Part shown: piece by piece, positions 10,221 through 21,505 of the stretch | Layout: each line of letters begins with the position of its first letter | Position numbering within the stretch: the first letter of the stretch is position 1 | Source: Candidatus Dormiibacterota bacterium | Lineage (GTDB): Bacteria > Chloroflexota > Dormibacteria > Aeolococcales > Aeolococcaceae | NCBI GenBank assembly: GCA_027365835.1 | Contig: DAHXLU010000103.1 | Span: 1,260 to 65,259, forward strand | DNA: 64,000 nt | Direction of reading: 5' to 3' | The notes under the pieces: model-generated | Database searches by the model: none | What the model was told of the DNA's origin: nothing | What the model saw: the letters and a program-made list of their open reading frames with translations, nothing else | Made by a program: the position numbers and the translations under genes

Positions 10221-10331
10221 CCCTTGCTGCCACGCTGTCCTGTACGGCTCTCTTCCCACCAAAGGTGCACAGGTGCCATGCCAGGATAAGCAGGTGTCTG
10301 GCCACCACATGTCAGCTCAATCGGCATTCCA

Positions 10332-11690
10332 GTGAACCCTGCTGAGCCGCCAAGGCGCTGGTTTGGTCTAACCGCATCGATTGCTGTACTGCTTGGCGTA
10401 GCTGTCTTGATGCGCGCCAGCCAGAATATGGCGCAAACCACTTTTCCCCTGGTTGGCGGAGATTTGCTCCATATGTCGACAACTGGTGTCGGGATTCTTG
10501 CCGCTGGTAGTGCAGCAGTTGCTGTTGTGTCAATGGTTATGTTTGCGTCGCAGCTCCAGCGCAGACAGCTGCTGGGGGCGCTTCTTGTTGCACTCCTGCT
10601 TATGGGTATTTCCTTGCTTCTCATCGGTGCCTCGCACTCAGTGCTGGTTCTGGCAGTGGCCGTCTTGCTGCTTGGGCTTGCTTCTGGAATTGTGGGACCA
10701 ACATTGTTGACCACAGTCGGGAGTCTGAAGGACCAGGACCCTGTGAAGGACGTGCGGGATCAGCCTATAGCGTTGCTTAGCGTTGCCCTAAGCACTGGAT
10801 TGGCTATTGGACCATTTGCGGAGATGTCTCTCCTGGTTGGCACTGGTGGAAGCATCCGTTATGTATTCAGCTGGTTTGCACTGGGCCCGCTCGTGGCAGC
10901 ATTGCTCGTAGCTGTCGTTATGGCAAGAAGATCCACCTGGTACCGCATCCGCAGGGGTGCTAGCCTTGCAGGGCACATAAGCGAGGCGCTTCCCCTGACG
11001 CCAGACGGGATAGCAACCGGTGTGCTGGGGCCTATTCAGGAAGACGGTGCAGGAGAGCGAAAGCCGGAAGGGAGGCATGACTCGCGGGTGTCTTTTGCAA
11101 GCGCCCTGCATGATCGCGGGTTCCAGCTTGCGCTTCTGGGTCAGTTGATCTACGCGGCGCCGTTTTCTGCAGTCATTGTGTTTGGAGCTCTTTTCGAACG
11201 CCATGGATACGGGATGACTGTCGCTCAGGTACAGGTAGCTTTTGGGCTGTTTTTTGTTGCGTCGTTTGCTGTCCGCCTCGCGCTTGCCTCCCGGTCGCAG
11301 ATCCGCCACAAGGTTGGATGGCTGAAGGTCGCGGCGCTGACCACAATAGCTGGGCTTGTGCTCCTGGCCTCTGGGCACAGTGGAGTACAACTGATGGTTG
11401 CCATGGCAGTTCTGGGCATACCGCACGGGCTTACCTTTCCCTTGGCGATGGCCCTGGTCGCTGAGCGCCGCGGGCACAGGGAACTCGCTTCACTCAATGC
11501 CCACATCTATGCAGTTTTGCAGGTGGTGAGCATGGCGCTCCCTCCGCTGCTGGGTGCCACTATTGCTGCAGCTGGGTTCAGGGTAGCCTTCCTCCTCCTG
11601 ATCCTTCCTGTTGTTGTATGTGGTGGAATGTTGCAGTGGCGTGCCGGGCCCAGAGGGTCTGCCCCTCTGCCTCCACTCGTCAATTGCTGA
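10332..11690 (+). CDS. Polytopic membrane protein, probably an MFS-type transporter
   Basis: About 12 predicted hydrophobic helices over 452 aa. No clear MFS signature motif seen; start is GTG. Confidence 0.45.
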   Translation: MNPAEPPRRWFGLTASIAVLLGVAVLMRASQNMAQTTFPLVGGDLLHMSTTGVGILAAGSAAVAVVSMVMFASQLQRRQLLGALLVALLLMGISLLLIGASHSVLVLAVAVLLLGLASGIVGPTLLTTVGSLKDQDPVKDVRDQPIALLSVALSTGLAIGPFAEMSLLVGTGGSIRYVFSWFALGPLVAALLVAVVMARRSTWYRIRRGASLAGHISEALPLTPDGIATGVLGPIQEDGAGERKPEGRHDSRVSFASALHDRGFQLALLGQLIYAAPFSAVIVFGALFERHGYGMTVAQVQVAFGLFFVASFAVRLALASRSQIRHKVGWLKVAALTTIAGLVLLASGHSGVQLMVAMAVLGIPHGLTFPLAMALVAERRGHRELASLNAHIYAVLQVVSMALPPLLGATIAAAGFRVAFLLLILPVVVCGGMLQWRAGPRGSAPLPPLVNC

Positions 11691-12109
11691 GGTTGACATG
11701 ACAGGGCAGCTGGCCCGGTCCAGCAACCCTACAGACTTGCCGAGAATGGCATTTTCTGGCGTTGGGGTCTGTGAGTTGGGTTGGAGGTGCAGTAGACGGC
11801 TCCTGATGGTAGCCAGGCCCGCGTCTACACGGCCCGTTCCGGTGTGCGCAGTGTCAGGTTTGTAGAACTTTTGGAGGCAGGGCTGCTGTACGGCTCGCGC
11901 TGGAACAAGGGGATAGCTGGCGACGAGGCGTTGTACTTGCCTTGATTCCCTCGCGTTGCAAGCTGGAGAAATCCCAGAGCGAAACCGGCAGCTCATCTCG
12001 TGCCGGGCCGGAGAGCAGATGATGAGACCATTGGGCGTGCATGCCCTGGGCAGTGGATGGGGACTCACCTCCTGAGGGTGCTGCCAACCGTACGGCAGGT
12101 GCGTGTACC

Positions 12110-12604
12110 ATGGGCCCCATGCGACCGCTGACAGTGTCCATCAACGTCTCCAGGGGGCGCGAGGCCGTGTACGATTACCTCGATCTCATGACCCACCATG
12201 AGCTGTTCACTGATCACATGATGCGGAAGTGGCGCTATCACGGACCCGAGCGTGGGGTTGGGGCGAAGGCCAGTGTCGAGGTGACGCTCGGCGGTCATTC
12301 GGAGCAGGTGGAGATTGAGGTAATCGAGACCGAAGCTCCTGCGAGGAGTGTCGAGCGCACTATCGGTGCTGGCGGCCGCCGCGTTTCCACTGGCACTTAC
12401 ACACTGGTCATTTTGCCTGGCGGCGGCACCTGCGTGACTTTCGAGTACGCATGGCGCGAGGCCCCATGGAACGAACGGCTCGCCGCACCGATGATACGCG
12501 TAATAATGCGCCGTGCTCTTGAGCGGGCAATGGAGCGCCTGGCGGAGCAGCTCGATGCTCCCGAGCGCACTGATCCAGGGGCGCCAATCAAGGTGCAGGG
12601 CTGA
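12110..12604 (+). CDS. SRPBCC (START/Bet v1-like polyketide-cyclase fold) family protein
   Basis: About 165 aa from an internal ATG. Composition and length fit the SRPBCC family. The upstream ORF extension is Cys/Pro-rich junk. Confidence 0.5.
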   Translation: MGPMRPLTVSINVSRGREAVYDYLDLMTHHELFTDHMMRKWRYHGPERGVGAKASVEVTLGGHSEQVEIEVIETEAPARSVERTIGAGGRRVSTGTYTLVILPGGGTCVTFEYAWREAPWNERLAAPMIRVIMRRALERAMERLAEQLDAPERTDPGAPIKVQG

Positions 12605-12941
12605 CATGGGCCATTGCGCAACTTAATCGCGCTGTCACGACGGTGCTGGTGCAGCTCGCTGGAAAAGGGCAGAGCAGGACCCCTCTCTGGGCCGCATCTT
12701 GCCGGATTGCGCACGACGTGAGGCAGTGGCATCGTCTCGCCGTGAGGCATGGACATGGCCAGTAGATACAAGGATGGTCATGGCCCAAGCTCCAGGGTAG
12801 GGGACAAGAGAAACAAGACCGGGACGTTGAGGCGAAGGAGCGTTTGACCGTGTCGCCTTAGGTCGCCAGACTCACTGCCGGCGCGAGAGGGCACAGCATT
12901 CAGAACCGGCGGATAAACCCATGCCAGATCGCCCCGCGTAA

Positions 12942-13433
12942 CTATCCGTGCTCTGATAGACCATGCGCCACACCGGTGACCGTCCCGGAATCGTCGGTCA
13001 CATAGGTGCCCTTGGAGAGGTCGAGGATCACCAGGCTGTTGCCGAAGGGGTCCTGGACAACGGCAACACGACCAACCGGGATGTCGACTGGCTCGGCGAC
13101 CACCTGGCCCCCATGGGTGCAGAACATCTCAACGGCATCTGCGGTAGACTGCACCCTCCAATTGGGCTCGTATTGTTCCTGGGTGCTCAGCACGAGCTCT
13201 GTGGCAGAGCCTGGAAGTTCGAGGCCCGCCTGGCCGATCTCGTCGTTGCGCCAGCGCAAACGGTGCCCAAGGGCGTCCCTGTAGAACGCAAGCCCGGCAT
13301 CAATGTCTGGCACACGAACGGTCACTGCGTCTACGGAGTCAAGCAGGGGCATCATCCGCCCAGTATACATAGGTGCGATTTTTGATTTAACCTGTAGTTC
13401 TTCCGCTGCCTCGACCGGCACTGAGGGCAGCAC
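12942..13433 (-). CDS. VOC (glyoxalase/bleomycin-resistance) family protein
   Basis: Roughly 130-160 aa single VOC-like domain (TVRVPDIDAGLAFYRDALGHRL...VVQDPFGNSLVI). Start uncertain. Confidence 0.6.
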   Translation of the reverse strand: MLPSVPVEAAEELQVKSKIAPMYTGRMMPLLDSVDAVTVRVPDIDAGLAFYRDALGHRLRWRNDEIGQAGLELPGSATELVLSTQEQYEPNWRVQSTADAVEMFCTHGGQVVAEPVDIPVGRVAVVQDPFGNSLVILDLSKGTYVTDDSGTVTGVAHGLSEHG

Positions 13434-13635
13434 GGCGCCACCATCGGAGATGGGGTCTAGACGTAGTTGTGTGGAAGCGTCACTGCCACTGCAATGCAGG
13501 GGGTGGGAGGGGCTGTTGTTACCGATCTTGCAGAGTGTCTCTGGTGTGAGCCATCTGACCCTACCGCCCCAACTGCCCTGCTGCTGGGATACGGGCGATG
13601 CAGGCGCAACAGCAGCTTTCCTGTGCTGTCACAAT

Positions 13636-14148
13636 ATGGGGATGGTTGACCTTACGCTCCTCGCCGACTTGCGCAACGCCGTGCAGCCTTTTGTGGTTGA
13701 GACCAGTAGTGCGCAGGAGACCCAGGAGGTAGGTGCCCGCCTTGCCAGCGTGCTGGGGGCTGGGGACCTGCTGGCACTGAATGGTGAGCTGGGTGCTGGC
13801 AAGACTACCTTTGTCAGGGGGCTTGTCGCCGGGATGGACGCAAGGACGGATGTCGTGCGGAGCCCCACATTTGTCCTGCACCACCGCTACGCCAGCGGCC
13901 GGGTCGTGGTGCACCACCTGGATTGCTACCGGCTGGGAGATGGGGCAGACCTGTCCCTCCTTGATCTGGACTGGCTCCTTTCGACTGGAATTGTTGTCGT
14001 GGAGTGGGGGAGTTACGCGGACCTGGCCCGCTTCCGCCCTGTGCAGGTCGAGTTCGACACCATTGATGATTCCAGGCGGAGACTCGTCATCACCCCGCCC
14101 CGAGCAAATACACTGTCCCCTGGGAACCGCAGGGAGGGAAGCAGATGA
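13636..14148 (+). CDS. tsaE: tRNA t6A37 biosynthesis ATPase TsaE
   Basis: 170 aa from an internal ATG. Walker A NGELGAGKTTFVRG and a conserved C-terminal region. The upstream part of the listed ORF is not TsaE-like. Confidence 0.85.
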   Translation: MGMVDLTLLADLRNAVQPFVVETSSAQETQEVGARLASVLGAGDLLALNGELGAGKTTFVRGLVAGMDARTDVVRSPTFVLHHRYASGRVVVHHLDCYRLGDGADLSLLDLDWLLSTGIVVVEWGSYADLARFRPVQVEFDTIDDSRRRLVITPPRANTLSPGNRREGSR

Positions 14149-14948
14149 TACTGGCGCTGGATGGATCTTCGGGCGGCGCAACTCTGGTACTGCTTGCGAC
14201 CGAAAGCGGGGATGTTGTTGATTTTGCGCTGACTTATGGTACCGGGGAGCTTGCCTCCAGGTGCGCAGCTATGGTAGATGGCAAACCGGTTACCGCAGTG
14301 GGTGCTGTGTGCGGCCCAGGTACATACACGGGCACACGGATCGCCATCGCGGCAGCAACTGGTTTTGCCAGCGCAACCGGGATTCCGGTATTTGGAGTTT
14401 CGAGCATGGATGTCGCGGTCGCGTGTCTGGAGCTCGCAGGCATGGAAGAAGGGAAGGACGCTCGTACGGGTAGCACGAGTAGCACGGGTAGCACGGGGGA
14501 GTTGCCTCATGTTTGCCCTCCAGACGGGATCACAAAGGCTGCGTCTGCCAGCGTGGGACAGGTGGCACTGGCGGTGCGGGAAGCAGGCCGGGACCGTTTT
14601 TTTGTGGGACTGGTGAGTGAGCCTGGGATGGGAACGATCGCATGTGATCGCATCCATCTGCTCTCGACCGATATGCTCGGGCAGTGGCAGGGTCCCATGG
14701 CTGGAGACTTTGGGCAGGATGGGTGGCATGGGAAAAAGGCAGCGTCCCTTGCACGGGCTGCCGCCAGGGCCCACGCAGATGAGGGTTTTTTCCGCCTTCC
14801 CGTAGTGCAGCAATTCGGCCCAACCAAGCCTGATTCCCTTGCAGCCGTTCTGGCAAGCCATAACTCTGCCCCTGAGACGGCAAATCCGGCGGTCGGGCGT
14901 GCAGTTGCCCTGGGGAGCGCCAGGGACCAGGATGGTGGAGGATCTTGA
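14145..14948 (+). CDS. tsaB: tRNA t6A37 biosynthesis protein TsaB (inactive Kae1 paralog)
   Basis: MILALDGSSGG...YTGTRIAIAAA YeaZ-like N-terminus. ATGA overlap with tsaE. Confidence 0.85.
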   Translation: MILALDGSSGGATLVLLATESGDVVDFALTYGTGELASRCAAMVDGKPVTAVGAVCGPGTYTGTRIAIAAATGFASATGIPVFGVSSMDVAVACLELAGMEEGKDARTGSTSSTGSTGELPHVCPPDGITKAASASVGQVALAVREAGRDRFFVGLVSEPGMGTIACDRIHLLSTDMLGQWQGPMAGDFGQDGWHGKKAASLARAAARAHADEGFFRLPVVQQFGPTKPDSLAAVLASHNSAPETANPAVGRAVALGSARDQDGGGS

Positions 14949-15508
14949 TGCAGGTTGTACCGCGCATCGCCCTGGACAGTCTTGCTGAGGCTGATGTTCC
15001 TGAAATCCAGCAGATTGAGCAGGAGATTTTTACAGCACCCTGGCCACGTAACGCCTATTACAATGAATTGCGCCACAATCGGCGCGCAACTTACCTTGTG
15101 TTGCGTGCCCCAGGGATGATAGTTGCGTATGGCGGCATCTGGCAGGTTGGCTTCGAGGCCCATGTGACCACAGTTGGAGTGCGCGCATCTGAGCAGCGCA
15201 AGGGGTACGGCAGGGCGATATTTGCTGCTTTGGTGGAGAGGGCTCTGTCTCTGGGCTGCCACTGGGTTACGCTGGAGGTTCGGCCCTCCAACACCGGCGC
15301 GATTCAGCTTTATGAGGAGTTCGGATTCAAGATTGTTGGACGGCGGCGTGGTTACTATGCAGACAACGGCGAGGACGCAATTGTGATGTGGAGCGACAAT
15401 CTGTCGGCGCCGGGTTTTCAGGAGCGGTTCGCCTCACAGCGCGCCCTCGTAGATACAATACTGACCCGGCAGACCGGGCAAGGGTCATCTGGGGATGGGC
15501 AATCGTGA
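14948..15508 (+). CDS. rimI: Ribosomal-protein-alanine N-acetyltransferase
   Basis: GNAT fold (QRKGYGRAIFAALVERA...LEVRPSNTGAIQLYEEFGF) in the conserved tsaB-rimI-tsaD position. TGATG overlap with tsaB. Confidence 0.85.
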   Translation: MQVVPRIALDSLAEADVPEIQQIEQEIFTAPWPRNAYYNELRHNRRATYLVLRAPGMIVAYGGIWQVGFEAHVTTVGVRASEQRKGYGRAIFAALVERALSLGCHWVTLEVRPSNTGAIQLYEEFGFKIVGRRRGYYADNGEDAIVMWSDNLSAPGFQERFASQRALVDTILTRQTGQGSSGDGQS

Positions 15509-16521
15509 CGACACTTCTTGCCCTTGAGTCTTCGTGTGATGAAACTGCTGCTGCAGTCCTGCGTGACGGGCGGGAACTGGTCTGCTCCCATGTGTCGTCC
15601 CAGATTGCCATCCATGCAAAGACTGGTGGCGTGATCCCTGAGATAGCAGCGCGGGCGCACGTTGAAGCCATGCCGGTCGTGGTCGGCGAAGCGCTCAAAA
15701 GCCTTTCAGGAGGATGGGATGAAATAGATGCCATTGCAGTTACACGTGGGCCAGGACTGGTCGGCTGTCTGCTGGTTGGAACTGCGTATGCGCAGATGGC
15801 GGCGGTAGCACGCAAGGTGCCTGTTGTGGGCGTGTCGCATCTGGCAGGCCATGTCTACAGTGCCTGGTTATCGGATACTGGTCTTGAGCCACCCTATCTG
15901 GCACTGCTTGTCAGTGGTGGACACAGCGAGTGCGTGTTGCTGCGCGAGCATGGCGCTGCAGAAGAGCTTCTGGCAACCAGGGATGACGCTGCAGGGGAGG
16001 CGTATGACAAGGTGGCACGGCTGCTGGGACTGCCGTATCCGGGTGGGCCTGTACTGGACAAGCTGGCTCGGGAGGGCGATCCAGCAAGATTTTCACTTCC
16101 TTCGACCAGCCTCTCTGATTCATTGTCGTTTTCCGGCCTGAAGACGGCAGTTCGATACCTGGTTCGCGACCTGCCCGTTACCGCCTATCTGGAGGATGGG
16201 AGTCTGGATAGACAGGTGCAGGCGGATATAGCCGCAGCTTTCCAGGCTCGCGTAATTGCCCAGCTTACAGGCGCGCTTGAGCGTGCACAGGAGAGAACCC
16301 GCGCACAGCAGATCGCACTTGTGGGCGGCGTCGCCGCAAATTCGGGACTGAGGGCAGCAGTCCTGGAGCGTTTCTCTGGCCTGAAAGTGGTTATTCCACC
16401 CATGGCACTCTGTACCGACAACGCGGCAATGATTGGGGCGGCAGGCTGGAACCGCATTCAGACGTCCGGGTATGACCGGGATGGGTTTGATGCTGACCCG
16501 GGCCTGCGTCTCTTTGCCTGA
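15505..16521 (+). CDS. tsaD: tRNA N6-adenosine threonylcarbamoyltransferase
   Basis: GTG start overlapping the rimI stop (GTGA). LALESSCDETAAAV...HVEAMP...GVSHLAGH Kae1/Gcp motifs. Confidence 0.9.
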   Translation: MTTLLALESSCDETAAAVLRDGRELVCSHVSSQIAIHAKTGGVIPEIAARAHVEAMPVVVGEALKSLSGGWDEIDAIAVTRGPGLVGCLLVGTAYAQMAAVARKVPVVGVSHLAGHVYSAWLSDTGLEPPYLALLVSGGHSECVLLREHGAAEELLATRDDAAGEAYDKVARLLGLPYPGGPVLDKLAREGDPARFSLPSTSLSDSLSFSGLKTAVRYLVRDLPVTAYLEDGSLDRQVQADIAAAFQARVIAQLTGALERAQERTRAQQIALVGGVAANSGLRAAVLERFSGLKVVIPPMALCTDNAAMIGAAGWNRIQTSGYDRDGFDADPGLRLFA

Positions 16522-16742
16522 CTAAAGGCGGAGCAAAGGAGTGGGGAGGGTGCAGTGCCACACCCGCCGTCCTGTTCTCCTCGATCCTGCCACGAGGGAA
16601 GCCAGGCAATTTTCACCGTCTGCTTGTGTAACGCATCGGTGACAATGCGAGGCGTTAACCCGATTGTCCGCCCGCTGTCCGCCCAAGCTGCCTACCGTCG
16701 TAGGCATGCAGGTGCGAAGCCTGCCGCAGAGGTGAGTGGTCT

Positions 16743-17750
16743 GTGGAACAACAGGCGGTATTTGCCGATCGGAGCCGGGAAACTGCACCAGCCAGCCTGA
16801 CCGAGTTGTACAGCCGGTCGGCGGCCGCTGCAGCAGCCATCTTTGGCGCCACCAGCCACCGGGTAGATGTGGTCGATGACGGTGACCTTGAGATGGATTT
16901 CGCCCGCGCAGAATCCGATTTTTCCTTGCTCTCCCATGGGCGCCTGAGGATTCACAGGTCGGTAGCAGAGCAGCTGGAACGCTTCGTCCGGGGGGATTAC
17001 AGCACCATGGAGCCCGGAAGGGTGGACGCGGAGATGGCGGCGCTGGCGGGAGTCAAGGCTGCAGTTCTAACCCTTTTCAAGGAAGAAATCCGGGCGCTTG
17101 GGCCAGCCGATCCGGGGCTGATGAGGGCTGAGTGGGATGCCTACTGGAAACTTCCATATGTGCAGGGATTCAGTGAGGGAGTAAGAGAGGTTGCAGCACA
17201 GCTATTCCTGGACCGGTTTGTCCGTGAGCTGCAGCTTGACCGGCGCGATTGCCGTCTGCTGAACGTGAATCCACCGGATGTAGACCGCTGCTTTAGACGC
17301 TACAGTGAAGCAGCCCGTGCAGCCATAGGCGAAGTGGCAGACATTACAGGCGCTGATTTCGATGAAGAAGTGCGCTCCCTGGTGCGGGATGGCCAGGGTG
17401 AGCTGGCTATGCGCAGGATGTGTCTGCGCAGGGTACAGTCAGAGCCGGCCCTTTCTGGTGGCCGGTCTTCCATGGAGCTGTTTGTCCGGGTGCGGGAGGC
17501 AAACGAGAAAGTGCAGGGCCTGTTTTCCGGCGTCCAGAAGGAATGGGCACATGCAGATCCAGGGTACGCCCTGTCTGGCGAGCGCTATCGCCCACCGGTG
17601 GCCCGTCCAGAGGGTGCTCTGGCCCCGGTCCTGCGCAGGGTATCCGTACGCTTTTCCGACAGGAATCTTTCGGGGAAGGCGGTTCCACTGCTGCGTCCCC
17701 TGAGCCAGGCGCGTGCTGCAAGCCTTGATCCCTTCGGGGGCATCCAGTAG
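16743..17750 (+). CDS. Hypothetical protein (335 aa), unassigned
   Basis: Long ORF with GTG start on the same strand between tsaD and groES. Alpha-helical, Arg/Ala/Glu-rich composition; no recognisable motif. Confidence 0.45.
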   Translation: MEQQAVFADRSRETAPASLTELYSRSAAAAAAIFGATSHRVDVVDDGDLEMDFARAESDFSLLSHGRLRIHRSVAEQLERFVRGDYSTMEPGRVDAEMAALAGVKAAVLTLFKEEIRALGPADPGLMRAEWDAYWKLPYVQGFSEGVREVAAQLFLDRFVRELQLDRRDCRLLNVNPPDVDRCFRRYSEAARAAIGEVADITGADFDEEVRSLVRDGQGELAMRRMCLRRVQSEPALSGGRSSMELFVRVREANEKVQGLFSGVQKEWAHADPGYALSGERYRPPVARPEGALAPVLRRVSVRFSDRNLSGKAVPLLRPLSQARAASLDPFGGIQ

Positions 17751-17826
17751 GCGACCCGGACCAACGGTGCAGCGGATGTGCGGTTTAGTTGCAACAAAAC
17801 TGAATGGGTGGGTGTAGAGTTTTCCT

Positions 17827-18039
17827 ATGAGTGATATTGCTGCCCAGGCCCGACGGATCGCTGGCAGGTTGTTGCCAACCGAGAGAAGGGTGGACCCGCC
17901 TCATCTTGCCGACGTGGAGCAGGCCCTAAAGGAGCTCCGTGAGCTGACCCCTATGGATGCCTTTGACGAGGTGGCTCTCCATGAGGCGGGTGAGACAGTG
18001 CTCAGATTGCGCGAAGCTGCCCGCTTTTCAAGGCACTAG
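17827..18039 (+). CDS. Small hypothetical protein (70 aa)
   Basis: Short ORF in the tsaD-groES interval on the coding strand. No motif recognised. Confidence 0.25.
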   Translation: MSDIAAQARRIAGRLLPTERRVDPPHLADVEQALKELRELTPMDAFDEVALHEAGETVLRLREAARFSRH

Positions 18040-18243
18040 CCTAGCGATCTTCCGCGCCTGTAGCAGGCTCCTTCCAGCAGAGTGGCGGCCAGAGCATGGA
18101 AGCGACTGCGCCGGGTTGGCCAGGAGTCAGGATGAGTCTCTATCCCGCCAGCCTGGAGCTGTTTGGGGGGCTCCGGTTGCCAGTGCTTCCTCTGCCGGGA
18201 CTTGCCTTCTGGACTTGCCGTTCCGGGGCCAAGTCAGGTAAAG

Positions 18244-18270
18244 TTAGCAGTCGTACACGTTGAGTGCTAA
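18244..18270 (+). promoter_or_regulatory. CIRCE operator (HrcA binding site) upstream of groES
   Basis: TTAGCAGTC-N9-GAGTGCTAA matches the consensus TTAGCACTC-N9-GAGTGCTAA with one mismatch. Followed by GAGGAGG and the groES GTG start. Confidence 0.85.
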
Positions 18271-18295
18271 AGATAGTGATTTCGAGGAGGATACT

Positions 18296-18598
18296 GTGGC
18301 TGTAAACATTGTGCCATTGGCTGACCGGATCGTAATTCGTCCCCTGGAGAGGGAGGAGATGACCAAGAGTGGGATCGTGCTGCCTGATACCGCGAGCGAG
18401 AAGCCCCAGGAAGGCAAGGTAGAGGCAGTTGGAAAGGGCCGGTTCAACGACCAGACCGGAAACAGGATCACCCCGGACGTAAAGGTGGGCGACAGGGTCG
18501 TCTATGCCAAGTATGCTGGCAGTGAGGTAAAGATCGACGATGTCGAGTATCTGATCCTTTCGGAAAAGGATGTGCTGGCAGTTCTTAGTTCCAACTGA
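18296..18598 (+). CDS. groES: Co-chaperonin GroES
   Basis: GTG start 5 nt after GAGGAGG. VAVNIVPLADRIVIR...VGDRVVYAKYAG. The listed TTG start at 18260 lies inside CIRCE. Confidence 0.92.
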   Translation: MAVNIVPLADRIVIRPLEREEMTKSGIVLPDTASEKPQEGKVEAVGKGRFNDQTGNRITPDVKVGDRVVYAKYAGSEVKIDDVEYLILSEKDVLAVLSSN

Positions 18599-18618
18599 GC
18601 CTGTCCCATGCAGTTCGC

Positions 18619-18646
18619 AAGGCCGGTCATCCGGCCTTGTTTTTTG
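18619..18646 (+). terminator. Intrinsic terminator/attenuator between groES and groEL
   Basis: AAGGCCGG-TCAT-CCGGCCTT hairpin followed by GTTTTTTG. Confidence 0.6.
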
Positions 18647-18687
18647 TCTGGAGCATGCGGCGACTGGCAGTCAACAGGTTGATTTAG

Positions 18688-20403
<1,716 letters not shown>

Positions 20404-20417
20404 GAGGCCCTCCAGCC

Positions 20418-21254
20418 TTGAGCAGATTGCGTATTGCGGTTGCCCAGTACAGTCCGGTGCTGGGTGACCGCGGCGCGAATCTGGCATTGGCCATAAAACA
20501 TGTGGGCCTTGCCCACGATGCAGGTGCGGAGCTGCTCGTACTACCTGAGCTGGCGAGCAGTGGCTATGTCTTTGAGTCTTCTGCGGAAGCGAAAAACATG
20601 TCGCAGAAGGCAGATGGTGAATTTGGATCCAGCCTTTCTGCTGCAGCCGGCGCGGGGCTTACTGTTGTTGCAGGTTTTGCTGAAGAGCGTGAAGGTATCC
20701 TGTTTAATTCCGCCATGGTTGTGGATGAAAGCGGTGTGCGCGCTGTCTACCGGAAGGTGCACCTGTTTTTTAATGAAAAAAGATGGTTCCAGCCTGGAAC
20801 ACAACTTCTGACCGTGGCATTTCCATGGGGAACCCTGGGGCTGGCCATCTGTTACGACCTCTGGTTCCCTGAGGTGGTGCGTACGCTGGCGCTTGCAGGC
20901 GCGACAGTTATTGCAGTCCCAAATAACTGGGTCAGTTCCTTCAAGCGCACGGTCTTTGACGAACAGGGCTGGTGTCAGGCCAACCATATTGCGCTCGCGA
21001 CCGCAGCACAGAATGCAGTAGCGCTGGCATGCAGCGACCGGGTTGGAGAAGAGCGGGGTACGAGGTTTCTTGGCTGTTCATGTGTCGTGGGTCCAGACGG
21101 CTGGCTCCTGGCTGGCCCAGCATCCCAGGCGGATGACGCGCTGCTGGTGGCTGACCTCGATACTGGGGCGGCTGCCGCTGCCCGTGCGCGCACGCCTCTC
21201 AATGACCTGCATGGGGATAGGGCACCACTTGCATATCACGTGGAACGGGTCTGA
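20418..21254 (+). CDS. Carbon-nitrogen hydrolase (nitrilase superfamily) protein
   Basis: RIAVAQ...LVLPELASSGY...LAICYDLWFPE contains the Glu-Lys-Cys catalytic triad context. TTG start 9 nt after GGAGG. Confidence 0.8.
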   Translation: MSRLRIAVAQYSPVLGDRGANLALAIKHVGLAHDAGAELLVLPELASSGYVFESSAEAKNMSQKADGEFGSSLSAAAGAGLTVVAGFAEEREGILFNSAMVVDESGVRAVYRKVHLFFNEKRWFQPGTQLLTVAFPWGTLGLAICYDLWFPEVVRTLALAGATVIAVPNNWVSSFKRTVFDEQGWCQANHIALATAAQNAVALACSDRVGEERGTRFLGCSCVVGPDGWLLAGPASQADDALLVADLDTGAAAAARARTPLNDLHGDRAPLAYHVERV

Positions 21255-21505
21255 TCTGAAACCGGCAATCTCCCGCTGGCTGGAGCCCGGGTCTGCGACC
21301 GCCCGTGCCGGTTGCCGGGAGGTGCGCCAGGCTTTCTGTTTCCCGCGTGAGCACTGATAAAGGCGTTTTTTTCGTTTATCCGCCCTCTCCACGGAGTGCC
21401 CGGAGTGCCCCTCGAGTAACTGGCGGGCCCGGTTCCTCTTCGGGAAGAGGATTCCCAGACCCTGTAGAATTAGGGTGTGTTGATGGCGTTGGCTTTGAGG
21501 TTGTG

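Noticed and set aside
13303-13635. 111-aa N-terminal extension of tsaE in the ORF track
   Set aside because: Not TsaE-like and Ser/Cys-rich; it overlaps the divergent VOC gene start region. An ATG at 13636 gives a normal 170-aa TsaE.
15388-15504. Upstream extension of tsaD overlapping rimI
   Set aside because: A GTG at 15505 forms a GTGA overlap with the rimI stop and gives the canonical Kae1 N-terminus.
18260-18295. ORF-track start of groES at TTG 18260
   Set aside because: Lies inside the CIRCE inverted repeat. A GTG at 18296 with a GAGGAGG ribosome-binding site gives the canonical AVNIVPL N-terminus.
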